Of a DNA stretch of 54,345 bases, positions 1-9,301 are shown piece after piece. Both the position numbers and the translations under genes were made by a program. The notes beneath the pieces are model-generated. The model was not told the origin of the DNA. It saw nothing but the letters and a program-made list of their open reading frames with translations, and searched no databases. Origin of the DNA: a virus (lineage: Duplodnaviria > Caudoviricetes); IMG/VR virus record IMGVR_UViG_3300020401_001611, positions 1 to 54,345 of that record, one strand, 5' to 3'. Position 1 is the stretch's first letter; every line of letters starts with the position of its first letter.

Positions 1-214
1 CTTTACAAGGATAGTTTCCAAAGTATCCGCTATCCATATAATAAAATTCTATGTTATCTCGCCAACATCTATCAATAAGTTTTCGCTTCCCCATACTTCT
101 TATAACTATTGGTCCTTTACCAAAATCATAATCATAATCATGAATAGGTAATTTTGCACCATTTGCAAACATATTGATATATTCGTCAGTAAGATTTTTA
201 CTTAAACATATCAT
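1..214 (-). CDS. Partial CDS (runs off the left edge); hypothetical, possibly glycosyltransferase-like
   Basis: Not in the ORF track. ATG at 214 overlaps the end of the upstream gene; reads MICLSKNLTDEYINMFANG...FYYMDSGYFGNYPCK, open to the edge. Confidence 0.6.
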   Translation of the reverse strand, partial: MICLSKNLTDEYINMFANGAKLPIHDYDYDFGKGPIVIRSMGKRKLIDRCWRDNIEFYYMDSGYFGNYPCK

Positions 215-869
215 ACAGTTCATCTTTCCATAACTGTGCAAATTCAGTGTCTCTATAGTTTTCAAACCAAGGACCACCTTCTGTGTAGTGTATTAGTTTA
301 GGCTTTTCAATATCATCGTATACGCCAACAAGGTAATTCCATGTATGATCTAGTTCACCAATTTCTTTATCCTTTAGCCAACTAAACCTGTGCAAATACG
401 CTCCATTTATTTCAGGATTATTTACAAAATCTTGTGTAACTTTTCTATTGCTTTTGTGACCACAATTCCATAGTACTACACTACTCCAATTTTTTCTAGG
501 ATATATAGTTTGTTTTTGGCCATCCATTTTAGTTGTTTCTTTTACTTTATAATCATGTTGTACGCACATTACTGCATACTTGTCATCTGCTTGATCAAAC
601 AATTCTTTAATATCAGTAGTAAGAATCATATCACAATCCATGAATAATGCCCAACCGTCAAAGTTTGTAAGTTCTGGAATAAGGAACCGTGTAAATGTAA
701 ATTCTGTTGATGCAAGTTTATCTATTGGTCTAGTATACCATCCTGCATCTCTAAGTTCTTGTTGTTTTAATGGACGTACATCTGCATTAGGTTGTTTAGA
801 AACAATACTATGTTTACATACTTGATACGCAATATCTTCTCTGGTGTCATATCCTACAAATACTTTCAT
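198..869 (-). CDS. Glycosyltransferase, GT-A fold (GT8-like, related to plant CDI-type proteins)
   Basis: VFVGYD, STEFTFTRFL, DxD motif (FMDCDM), YPRKNWSS, WNYL and HYTEGGPW motifs. Confidence 0.8.
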   Translation of the reverse strand: MKVFVGYDTREDIAYQVCKHSIVSKQPNADVRPLKQQELRDAGWYTRPIDKLASTEFTFTRFLIPELTNFDGWALFMDCDMILTTDIKELFDQADDKYAVMCVQHDYKVKETTKMDGQKQTIYPRKNWSSVVLWNCGHKSNRKVTQDFVNNPEINGAYLHRFSWLKDKEIGELDHTWNYLVGVYDDIEKPKLIHYTEGGPWFENYRDTEFAQLWKDELYDMFK

Positions 870-1039
870 TTTTCTTCTTCCTTCTTTTTTGCAAATTTTA
901 TATCACAGTAACCGCACACTACAAATCCTTCATCTGGTACAGTATAGTATACTTTTGGGTGATCCATATCTTCACCCATGCACCATACTCTTTCTTTGTC
1001 TGTATATATAATAGTATCTGGATATGCTGATTCTGTCAT
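866..1039 (-). CDS. zf-CHCC zinc-finger protein (57 aa, NDUFS6-like)
   Basis: Below the track cutoff; hand-translated as MTESAYPDTIIYTDKERVWCMGEDMDHPKVYYTVPDEGFVVCGYCDIKFAKKEEEK. Shows the C..HP(K)VY..CGYC pattern and ATGA overlaps with both neighbours. Confidence 0.8.
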   Translation of the reverse strand: MTESAYPDTIIYTDKERVWCMGEDMDHPKVYYTVPDEGFVVCGYCDIKFAKKKEEEK

Positions 1040-1806
1040 TTTCTTTCTATATCTTCTTCAATACAGTTTTCACCGTATTGTATTTCAACTAATTTTAATG
1101 GTACATCATGTTCATTGGTTAATTGGTGCCAGGTATTGACAGGTATATGTAGACTTTTGTGTTGTTCGTATACTCCGTATAATTCTACATCAGATGAAAC
1201 GTTTAAAGTATAGACTGTAGCAGTTCCTTCTGCAACAAACCAATGTTCACTACGTTTATCGTGCCGTTGCATAGACAATTTTCCACCAGGCGGTACTGCT
1301 AACTCTTTCACCTTTGTATGTTTATCATATTCATGTATCACTCTATAATACCCCCATGACCTTTCTGTTTTGGGTGCTTTCCATTCATCTAACAACCAAC
1401 TACTACTATTAAGTTTGTCTGTGCCACCTATACCAAATGCAAATTCAACATTATTCATACCGCCATAGGTTTTATATTCTGGTGTGGTTGTGTTTGTTCT
1501 ATCTCCACCATTAGCAAAAATAATTTTAATTTTTCCATGTGTTGCCATTGTTTTGTAGATAGCTCCGCAAGCACTGCCGTCACTGTCATCAAAACTTATT
1601 ACTTTATCAACTACATCAAGTGATTCTATTACAGCACATCTATCCAAATAAGGCATAAAAGGCCTGCCTTTTTTATTAGTTAACCATTCGTCAGAATTGA
1701 CTCCAACGTGTAATTCGTCACCTAATTTTTTTGCTGATTTAAAATATTCTATGTGGCCGCGGTGTAAGGGATCAAAACCGCCTGTGACAAGTACGATTGT
1801 TTTCAT
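1036..1806 (-). CDS. Cytidylyltransferase-like (HxGH) domain fused to a mannose-6-phosphate-isomerase-type cupin
   Basis: N-terminal VTGGFDPLHRGH and GVNSD; C-terminal RSWGYY and LSMQRHDKRSEHWFV..WHQL..EIQYG. Confidence 0.85.
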   Translation of the reverse strand: MKTIVLVTGGFDPLHRGHIEYFKSAKKLGDELHVGVNSDEWLTNKKGRPFMPYLDRCAVIESLDVVDKVISFDDSDGSACGAIYKTMATHGKIKIIFANGGDRTNTTTPEYKTYGGMNNVEFAFGIGGTDKLNSSSWLLDEWKAPKTERSWGYYRVIHEYDKHTKVKELAVPPGGKLSMQRHDKRSEHWFVAEGTATVYTLNVSSDVELYGVYEQHKSLHIPVNTWHQLTNEHDVPLKLVEIQYGENCIEEDIERK

Positions 1807-1811
1807 ACTGA

Positions 1812-1819
1812 TATTTATA
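1812..1819 (-). promoter_or_regulatory. T4-type late promoter TATAAATA
   Basis: Exact T4 late consensus, 5 nt before the ATG at 1806. Confidence 0.7.
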
Positions 1820-1824
1820 TGCTA

Positions 1825-2586
1825 TTATAATTGTGATAAGAACATCTGATAAAATTTGTTATTATATTCTCTACACTCTTCTAAAAAGCCATCTAACCTA
1901 TTATTTACTGTTTGATATTTGTCGTTAATTGTATTTAAAAAATGTGGCTGATATTTCATATGGTCAAATTTTACACTCCAACTAGCAACTTGTACATTTT
2001 TACCTAATAGTTGTCCCCAATATGCTCCATGATAACTATCTGTAACTATAGTATTTGCACTACCAAGAAATTCTATTACATCAGAAAACTTAGAAGTATT
2101 ATTTTTCATTACAGGAAAGTTTTCGTTGTTAAGGAATTTTGTTTTGTAAGCATGTGTAAAATAAACTACCTCGTGTCTTTCGTTGTATTTTTTATCAAAA
2201 GATTTATGCATACAAGATACGCACGGAAGGTAATAATTATAATATCCTTCTATATAATCTCTAATGCCTATTAAATTACAATCCTCTATCCATTTAGGAT
2301 AATAAACATCAACAACTTTGTTGACATGTTTGACACCAAAATTATGTCCAATGCCCCATAATGTTGTTGTAAAAGGTTGCTTGTCTATAAGCATTTTTAT
2401 GTGTTTGCTAAACTTTTTATGTATTAATCCGCCGCCCCCTACAATTAGGTGTTTGTCTGATAAGTCTGTTTTGTTGTATAATATTTCTTCAGAACTACAA
2501 TCTATATCAAAATACCTACTTGGGTTGCAGAAGTAGTCTCCTACATTATTTTTTACTTTTCTGTGTGCTTCAATTATTTTGGACAT
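1825..2586 (-). CDS. Polysaccharide pyruvyl transferase-like protein
   Basis: NNVGD, GGGGLI, WGIG, GIRD and VTDSYHG motifs typical of the family. Confidence 0.7.
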   Translation of the reverse strand: MSKIIEAHRKVKNNVGDYFCNPSRYFDIDCSSEEILYNKTDLSDKHLIVGGGGLIHKKFSKHIKMLIDKQPFTTTLWGIGHNFGVKHVNKVVDVYYPKWIEDCNLIGIRDYIEGYYNYYLPCVSCMHKSFDKKYNERHEVVYFTHAYKTKFLNNENFPVMKNNTSKFSDVIEFLGSANTIVTDSYHGAYWGQLLGKNVQVASWSVKFDHMKYQPHFLNTINDKYQTVNNRLDGFLEECREYNNKFYQMFLSQL

Positions 2587-3224
2587 GCTATAAAATTATG
2601 GTAAAAACTAGAATCAGATGCAGTATGATTCAGCAACTTTTCTTTTGTACAAGTATTAAAATCTAAATCAATTATTTTATAATTTGTTTTGTCAAAAAAA
2701 TCGTATATATCTCCACTATTATAATTATAGTTTATCATATGTACATCTGCACATTCAAAGTATATAATTGGTTTATTTTTAGTAATAGTATCTATACAAC
2801 CTAATAATGTTTTTAATTCATTACCTTCTACATCAATTTTTATTAAGCCAACATTTTTAAAATTATAACTATCAAGTGTTCTTACTTCAACGGTTATGGT
2901 GTGGTATGTACCGTTTTGTCTTTGTTTTGTTAAGCCGCTCCAACCGCCTAGTTCTAAATCAATATGGAAATCTAATTGTCCTATTTCATCGCTCAGAGCA
3001 ACCTGATGAACATGCTGTGTGGCTTTTTTAAATTTAGGTTTGATTATACTTACAATTTTGGGTGTTGGTTCAAATAAATGTGCTTCGCTGTCAGGAAAAA
3101 ACTTAGCAATGTTTTTATACCAATTTCCTTTTCTTGCACCGATATCTATAATCATTTTTTGTGGTTTTAATTTTTTCTGCAAATAAGGAAATATAGCATT
3201 GTCTTCTTTACGTTTGTATTGCAT
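2574..3224 (-). CDS. FkbM family SAM-dependent methyltransferase
   Basis: IDIGARKG, FEPTP, VALSD, RTLDS and IKIDVEGNE motifs. Start moved from 3290 to the ATG at 3224 (MQYKRK) to shorten the overlap with the upstream gene. Confidence 0.8.
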   Translation of the reverse strand: MQYKRKEDNAIFPYLQKKLKPQKMIIDIGARKGNWYKNIAKFFPDSEAHLFEPTPKIVSIIKPKFKKATQHVHQVALSDEIGQLDFHIDLELGGWSGLTKQRQNGTYHTITVEVRTLDSYNFKNVGLIKIDVEGNELKTLLGCIDTITKNKPIIYFECADVHMINYNYNSGDIYDFFDKTNYKIIDLDFNTCTKEKLLNHTASDSSFYHNFIACPK

Positions 3225-4065
3225 GTAGACTTTTCCAATTTGCTTTTGCAACTTTGGGTATACTATCTCCTTTATACCATAGGTTGCCATATACCTGTGT
3301 GCGTTGTAATTTAGTATGATCGTAATCTAATTTAACAGCATGTAATGTATTGTAATCAGGAGCAAACATTGTTATTGAATTATTTTTTGAATGCTCAAAA
3401 GATGTTTTAGCCCAATCCCACGGTACCCAACATGTATCTTTGGATGTGTTTGTTTTCCATTCTTCAAATATCCATTTTCTGTCATCTTGGAAATCCATAA
3501 AATGCGTATGTAAACCTAAGTCTTCAGCTTCGTCGTGTGTGTTAATATTAATCATATAGGTTGCACACTTACGTCTAATATCTGGGTGCGGACTAATTTC
3601 ATATCCGCTAACATATTTTTGTATTGCTGTATCTACACCAGTTTCGCCTGTCTTTTTGAATTTCTTTTTTATACATTTGTGCCATGCTTGACTGTTAAAG
3701 AAATCTACAAGTTCCTCTAATATTTTATCTTCATAGTATTTTAATCTAAATGCCACTCCATAACCTTCTAGTAAATCTTGATTAGCAACACCCTTTCCTA
3801 CATCTTTATTGTTATACCATTCGATATAACTTTTTACACTAGTTGTGCATCCTGGAAAAGGTTGAGGTTTGTATTTGAATTCGTCAGTAAGTCTACTACA
3901 CATTTCTTCAGTGGACTTAAATTCTGGCACTCTAATTTGTTTGCAATTTGTAATTCTTGAAAAATGGTCTTCTGTAAAAAAATCTTCTACATATATAAAC
4001 TTGAATGGTTGTTCTGTAAAATCAGCAGAATAGATTTTTTCTATTAGGTATGTAAAATCTTCCAT
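3208..4065 (-). CDS. 2OG-Fe(II) oxygenase superfamily protein
   Basis: HxD (PHPD), distal His (TLHAV) and Arg (QRTQVY). The ATG at 4065 is better spaced from the GGAAGGA SD than the TTG at 4071. Confidence 0.7.
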   Translation of the reverse strand: MEDFTYLIEKIYSADFTEQPFKFIYVEDFFTEDHFSRITNCKQIRVPEFKSTEEMCSRLTDEFKYKPQPFPGCTTSVKSYIEWYNNKDVGKGVANQDLLEGYGVAFRLKYYEDKILEELVDFFNSQAWHKCIKKKFKKTGETGVDTAIQKYVSGYEISPHPDIRRKCATYMININTHDEAEDLGLHTHFMDFQDDRKWIFEEWKTNTSKDTCWVPWDWAKTSFEHSKNNSITMFAPDYNTLHAVKLDYDHTKLQRTQVYGNLWYKGDSIPKVAKANWKSLHAIQT

Positions 4066-4083
4066 TGGCAATCCTTCCCTTTG

Positions 4084-4091
4084 TATTTATA
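4084..4091 (-). promoter_or_regulatory. T4-type late promoter TATAAATA
   Basis: Exact consensus overlapping the uvsY stop, upstream of the glycan cassette. Confidence 0.65.
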
Positions 4092-4542
4092 GTGTTGCAT
4101 CTTCCATACCAGCAACACGTAATTTTACTACATTGGTTATTTGCCATTGTTTTTGATCAAGAGCCTTCAATACTCCTAACCATGTATTTCTTAATAATGC
4201 AAATTCGTTTATTATTTTTTCGTAGTCAACTACGTCTGCCTCGCCGTCAACGTATTTTTCTACGTCACGGCTTGACAGAGCTCGTTGATAATTTTCTAAA
4301 TATTTTTTAAAATAAGAACTTCGAAGACGCCTTAGTTCAATATTTAAATAGTTTAGTATAGCTTCAATTTCTTGCAATTGATTAAATCTATGTTCAACAA
4401 TACCAGGCATTTCTGCCGCCGCACGTTCAACATTTCCTTTGAGTTTAACTTCAACACGAGCTTGTATAAGTTCGCTTTCAAAGTATTTTACTGCATCAGG
4501 AATCTTAGATACATCACGAGATATTTCGCTATACCAACCCAT
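4087..4542 (-). CDS. uvsY: Recombination mediator UvsY-like
   Basis: Helical 151-aa protein with YLENYQRALSSRDVEKYVDGEAD, located downstream of uvsX. Confidence 0.75.
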   Translation of the reverse strand: MGWYSEISRDVSKIPDAVKYFESELIQARVEVKLKGNVERAAAEMPGIVEHRFNQLQEIEAILNYLNIELRRLRSSYFKKYLENYQRALSSRDVEKYVDGEADVVDYEKIINEFALLRNTWLGVLKALDQKQWQITNVVKLRVAGMEDATL

Positions 4543-4778
4543 TAGTCTTCATCGTCCCAAGGATCGTCTTCTTCGTAATTTTCTGCATCAATATCTAGAA
4601 AATAATTTATAGCACCATCTAAAGTATGGTCAGTACCTAAGCATTGCGTAAGTGTATGATCATCAACGCCATAGTCTGCTAATAAATCAACATACCTTTC
4701 TGCCGCAATCTCTATATTTTTTTTATCGGTGTACTCTTTAAATAGTGTCCAAATATCAACGATTTGACTTTCGTCCAT
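4542..4778 (-). CDS. Hypothetical acidic protein
   Basis: GAGGAG SD; its stop overlaps the uvsY start. Confidence 0.75.
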   Translation of the reverse strand: MDESQIVDIWTLFKEYTDKKNIEIAAERYVDLLADYGVDDHTLTQCLGTDHTLDGAINYFLDIDAENYEEDDPWDDED

Positions 4779-4781
4779 AGT

Positions 4782-5858
4782 TTACTCCTCGATTATTTCT
4801 TCGACTAGTTCTTCAACATCATCATCTGCGGTATTTACCACAGGCGAAATTTTTTCGCTGTATTCAGACATAATCAAATCGAGTTTTTCTCCTACCCATT
4901 GTTTACGATAGTCAAGATGTTCATTACCTGCTAAGTCAACATATTTTAGTCTGTTACCTTGTTTTACAAGTAATCCTTGTTTTTCAAACATGTCAACAAG
5001 TCCACTATAAGGATCCATTCCAGTTTCATATGGAATCTTGACTTGCACACCTTCAAACGGCTTTGCATATCTAGTTTTCATAACCTTACAACCAGCACGA
5101 ATACCACGTACATCACTTACTTTATTACCATCCTCATCTTCTTTTAGTTTCAACTTTTTCATTGCAACTACAATACTTGATGCATAGATAAAGCCTTGAC
5201 CACCTGAAATTTTATCATCTGGATCAAACATATCTTGCGATGCATATGTGTGGTTAGTACATACAAGTCCTACGTTGTGTGAACCTATCATGTTAACTGT
5301 ATTACGTACGAGTGCAGTCAATTGTTTAGGCTTACGACCCATATCGCCTTTCATGTCGCCTTTATTAAACTGATCAATGTCAGTAGGTGTAAGCAACATA
5401 CCTAAGCTATCAATAACAAACAAAACCTTAGGACGATCTTCTTCTGCCATAGATCTATAATCATCCATAAATGTTGAAATAGTTTTTGCAACATCATCTA
5501 TCATTGACATGTTCAATTTCAGTAGCTTATCTTCTGATGTATCAACTTCAAGTGCGTGTAACCATGATTCATCAAGTGCATTCTCTGAGTCAATAAGAAC
5601 TACAAAGATACCTTGTTCTTGTGCGGCTTTTACAATATTACCTGCACAAATGTAACTTTTACCTGCACCACTTTCGCCTGCAAATACTGTTACCTTACCT
5701 AGTGGAACACCTTTGTTAAAGTCTCCTGATACTAGATAGTTGAGTGCATAATTGCCTGTTGAAATCCAGTCAGTTGGATCGTTAAATCCTGCACTCATTC
5801 CTGTAATGGATTTTGTTAATTGCGTCCGAAACTTACTCGGATCAAATGCCTTTGCCAT
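4782..5858 (-). CDS. uvsX: RecA-like recombinase UvsX
   Basis: ISTGN, Walker A GESGAGKS, DSENA, Walker B VIDSLG and TNHTY motifs. Confidence 0.93.
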   Translation of the reverse strand: MAKAFDPSKFRTQLTKSITGMSAGFNDPTDWISTGNYALNYLVSGDFNKGVPLGKVTVFAGESGAGKSYICAGNIVKAAQEQGIFVVLIDSENALDESWLHALEVDTSEDKLLKLNMSMIDDVAKTISTFMDDYRSMAEEDRPKVLFVIDSLGMLLTPTDIDQFNKGDMKGDMGRKPKQLTALVRNTVNMIGSHNVGLVCTNHTYASQDMFDPDDKISGGQGFIYASSIVVAMKKLKLKEDEDGNKVSDVRGIRAGCKVMKTRYAKPFEGVQVKIPYETGMDPYSGLVDMFEKQGLLVKQGNRLKYVDLAGNEHLDYRKQWVGEKLDLIMSEYSEKISPVVNTADDDVEELVEEIIEE

Positions 5859-5879
5859 AGTATCTCCTTGTTAGCCTAG

Positions 5880-5901
5880 TATGGGGGATTTCTCCCCCAT
5901 A
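5880..5901 (-). terminator. GC-rich hairpin between gene 32 and uvsX (terminator, or mRNA stabiliser/processing site)
   Basis: Minus strand TATGGGGGA-GAAA-TCCCCCATA; no U-tract follows. Confidence 0.5.
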
Positions 5902-5905
5902 GAAT

Positions 5906-6907
5906 TTATTGATTTTGTCTTGCTCTGATCATTGCAAGAATGTCAGATCCGTCAGCATTTGCACCTTCTGCTTTAGCAGGTTCCTCTGCTTTAGGAGCAG
6001 GTGCAGGTTCAGGCTTTGGGTCTACAGTAGCCTCCTTAGCAGGTGCTTCTGCCTTTGGTGCTGTCATTGACGTTGCAGTACCGTTCGATGATGCTGTATT
6101 AGGATCACCTGTACGTGCTTGCATTCCTGCAGGACGGAAGTAGTTGCTCCATTTATCTGCATCATATGCTTCGCCATCTACTGATGCTTCAAACATCTCT
6201 TGCATTACCTTAAGTTCGACTTCAGTTGGCTTCTTAGGAAGGAAGTCAGAAAGGTTAAACAAGCCGTGTGTGTTTATAGCTTGCATTTCGGCATCATCTA
6301 GTGGACGTTCTCTTCTAGCCCAATTACTTGTGCTATAGTCTGCGTATCCACCTTTTGAAGTTTTGTTAAGACGGAAGTCTACACCAGCAGTATAATCTGT
6401 TGGCAATTCTTCCATATCAGGATCCATAAGAGCCTGCTTGATAATTTGGAAAATTTGTGGTCCAATTATAAAACGTCTAATTGGATTTTCTGGAGTCTCG
6501 TCATCTGAAAGTGGATTTTCAGTAACAAAGCCTTGGAAAATATAACTTCTCTTTTTCCAATATTTTCGACCCATATCTTCAAGACTTGGATCTTTAAACC
6601 AACCTCTAACTTCATTTAGAATATTACAAGTTTCACCATACATTTCCATACATGGTATCTGTACTTGTACAGGTCTACTTGCAGTGTCACCTTTTACACC
6701 TGCAAACGGAAGTTTGATCATCAAACGTTCTTTCCAGAAAAACGTATTGTCTTGATCTCCGTCAGGAAGGAAACGCATTGTTGCAGTTTGTCCTTCTTGC
6801 ATATTCCAAAATGGGTAGATTGGGTTTGGACCGCTTGGTCCTTGTGAACCACCTGAGCGTGATTCCTGTTCTTTAAGTTTAGCTCTAATTTCTGCTAATG
6901 ATGCCAT
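5906..6907 (-). CDS. Single-stranded DNA-binding protein, T4 gp32-like
   Basis: RFLP, FWKER, YWKKRSY, GPQIF and GYADYSTS motifs; Ala/Pro-rich linker; adjacent to uvsX/uvsY. Confidence 0.9.
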   Translation of the reverse strand: MASLAEIRAKLKEQESRSGGSQGPSGPNPIYPFWNMQEGQTATMRFLPDGDQDNTFFWKERLMIKLPFAGVKGDTASRPVQVQIPCMEMYGETCNILNEVRGWFKDPSLEDMGRKYWKKRSYIFQGFVTENPLSDDETPENPIRRFIIGPQIFQIIKQALMDPDMEELPTDYTAGVDFRLNKTSKGGYADYSTSNWARRERPLDDAEMQAINTHGLFNLSDFLPKKPTEVELKVMQEMFEASVDGEAYDADKWSNYFRPAGMQARTGDPNTASSNGTATSMTAPKAEAPAKEATVDPKPEPAPAPKAEEPAKAEGANADGSDILAMIRARQNQ

Positions 6908-6967
6908 AGTTTTTGCCTCCTATAATTTGCCTATTGCATTGTGCCTAATTGTACAGCACTATATTGT

Positions 6968-6996
6968 ACTATACAGTCTTATTTAGCAAAGGTCAA
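6968..6996 (-). promoter_or_regulatory. Sigma70-like promoter TTGACC-N17-TATAGT with embedded late box GCTAAATA (6980-6987)
   Basis: Read directly on the minus strand upstream of gene 32. Confidence 0.6.
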
Positions 6997-7033
6997 CCTT
7001 TTTTTGCTAAATTCTTGAAATAATTGTATTTTT

Positions 7034-9286
7034 TTATAAGCCAGCTAATCTCATAATATCTTGTGCTTCTTTTGTGGTCTTATTCTTTTCTGCCTTGCTA
7101 TATTTGTCTTTTAGTCTACCTAGTTCTTCCTGGCTAGCTCCATCACGACCTGCTTGAGCTGCTTTTTTCATATATTCTTCGCCGTGCTTCTTAACACCTG
7201 TATAATACTGTAAGCCTGATTCTTCCATTTCTTCGTCTTGTGCTACTGTTGGCTCCATTACAGTACCAGTAGGTTGTTCGTCTGTAATTACAGGTTCTTG
7301 AGGTGTAGTATATTGTTCATATGTAGCCATTATGCGTTCTATAAATGACTTCGCAGGATTTATATATTCTTCACCATAATCCTTTTCTATTGCAGTAAGG
7401 ACTGCTGTTTCACCTTTAGGAAACTGTCCTGTTTCTCTATCAAATAATGACAATACAAATTCAGTCACTGGAATCTTCTTACCATCTACATCCATTTCGT
7501 CATCATCTTTGTCTCTAGCAATTTTAAGTGCTTTGGTAAATTTATTTCCTTCTTTTACACCATATGTTATGCATGGATCTTGTCCACAACCACAATTTTT
7601 CTTTTGCTTACCTTCGTTTGCTTTTTTATTTTTTGGCTTTTCATGTGTCCAACCTTTGGCTGCTAGGTCTTTATGATCTTTTTCAACCTTTGCCATTTTG
7701 CCTTTTCCTGTCTTTGGATCATACATCATGTGCGGTTCAAATTTTTCATCATCTTTTTTATCTTCGTTCATGCCTCTTTCTAAGCCGTCTGGTACTCCGT
7801 TTCCGTTTTTATCTCTCCACCATGACCCTGATTCATCATGACAATCATGTTTGCAATCACAATCTGGTTTAGATTCGTGCATTTGACAGCCGCAATCTTT
7901 ACAGTGATATTTTTGATAACCAACCATATACTTTTCTTGTAATGTTTCTTCAGCAAATTGTCCCATTAGTGATTCGAAAGCATCTTCTATATTCTGTTCA
8001 TCTACTGTACCAGCTCTAGTCATAAAGCCTGAATTTAATTCTTTACCGATCCTGTTAACTTCTACATCCATATCGCCAGTATCTGCATTATTTTTTCTTA
8101 TTAGGTTATACAAACAAACTCTAGGATCGTTAAGACATCCGCTTTCAACCTTCTTTATTGTTGCATCATCATAACCATGTGATCCCAAAACAGTTCTTAA
8201 TATATGAAGATCTTGTTCGTAATCTTTCATCCTATCTTGCTGTCCTTGTTTGAAGTCGGCAACTTTTCCTTTTATATAATCCATTATGCCGCCTTCTGCT
8301 ACATCTTCAGGTCCTAAATTTTTTGCTTTAGTTGCTTCGCTCACCAAATTATATATGTAAGGAAAAACATCTTTTAATTCTTCATTAAATTGTTTGATTG
8401 TTAATTGATCGATCCAATTTTCTGCTACATCGTTAGGCACATCTTCTATGATTGGTTTTACATATGATTCAAATGCTTTTGTGTAATATGCAGGTTTCTG
8501 TAATGACTCTATTGTTTTTTTGACTGAAGTAATTCTATCTAACACAACTGGCATGTAATCTTTTAGGCTTTCGGCCATTACTGTTGAACGACCCATGTAA
8601 GACTTAAACTTGCGGAGTTTGCTTAATTCTTCACTTAGTCCAATTATATGTGTTCCAAAATCATCAAAAGGTTTGCCGCCTTCAGCAACATGTCTTGCCA
8701 TTGCTCTAGCGCCTGTTAAGTGTTTGTAAGGATACAAAAATCTTTCACCGTCTGCATTTTCTATATAAATTTTTCCTATATTTCTAATGCGTCCATTTGC
8801 AATTTCTTTGTTAACACTTTCAGTGTGTTTTATAACTATCTTTGCATTATCTACTTTTTGATAGCTAATTTTGTTACTCCCGTATAGTTTTGATTCAGCC
8901 ATTGTATTGTCTCCGCGGTTTTGTGCCAAAAATTGATAATCTCTACGATCTAAATTAGACTTGTTTATGTTTCTTGTATCAAATGTCATTAATCTTTTTT
9001 TGCTAAATTGTCTTAATTCTTTCAAAAAATTGTACCATTTTTCTTTAGTAATTTCGTCTTGCTCTGCGACAAAATTGTCACTGTACATTACTTCAATTGA
9101 TTCCTCATTTAAACTTACGCTTACTTTTCCAAGATTAACTTCCGCCTCTTTGAAATCAAAATCAAAAAATCTTGCTTCGTTAGGCTTATTAGTGACTTTA
9201 CCTTCAGCGTCACCTATAGTAACACTGGGAAATCTTCCACGTATCTTATTAAATAATTCTTCTGCTATTAGATCTAAATTTTTCAT
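7034..9286 (-). CDS. Large hypothetical protein, probable virion/internal head protein
   Basis: 750 aa behind a GATAAATA late box (9294-9301); Cys/His cluster; ends in DIMRLAGL. Confidence 0.7.
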   Translation of the reverse strand: MKNLDLIAEELFNKIRGRFPSVTIGDAEGKVTNKPNEARFFDFDFKEAEVNLGKVSVSLNEESIEVMYSDNFVAEQDEITKEKWYNFLKELRQFSKKRLMTFDTRNINKSNLDRRDYQFLAQNRGDNTMAESKLYGSNKISYQKVDNAKIVIKHTESVNKEIANGRIRNIGKIYIENADGERFLYPYKHLTGARAMARHVAEGGKPFDDFGTHIIGLSEELSKLRKFKSYMGRSTVMAESLKDYMPVVLDRITSVKKTIESLQKPAYYTKAFESYVKPIIEDVPNDVAENWIDQLTIKQFNEELKDVFPYIYNLVSEATKAKNLGPEDVAEGGIMDYIKGKVADFKQGQQDRMKDYEQDLHILRTVLGSHGYDDATIKKVESGCLNDPRVCLYNLIRKNNADTGDMDVEVNRIGKELNSGFMTRAGTVDEQNIEDAFESLMGQFAEETLQEKYMVGYQKYHCKDCGCQMHESKPDCDCKHDCHDESGSWWRDKNGNGVPDGLERGMNEDKKDDEKFEPHMMYDPKTGKGKMAKVEKDHKDLAAKGWTHEKPKNKKANEGKQKKNCGCGQDPCITYGVKEGNKFTKALKIARDKDDDEMDVDGKKIPVTEFVLSLFDRETGQFPKGETAVLTAIEKDYGEEYINPAKSFIERIMATYEQYTTPQEPVITDEQPTGTVMEPTVAQDEEMEESGLQYYTGVKKHGEEYMKKAAQAGRDGASQEELGRLKDKYSKAEKNKTTKEAQDIMRLAGL

Positions 9287-9293
9287 GACATAG

Positions 9294-9301
9294 TATTTAT
9301 C
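9294..9301 (-). promoter_or_regulatory. Late promoter-like GATAAATA
   Basis: 7 nt before the ATG at 9286; no SD. Confidence 0.55.
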
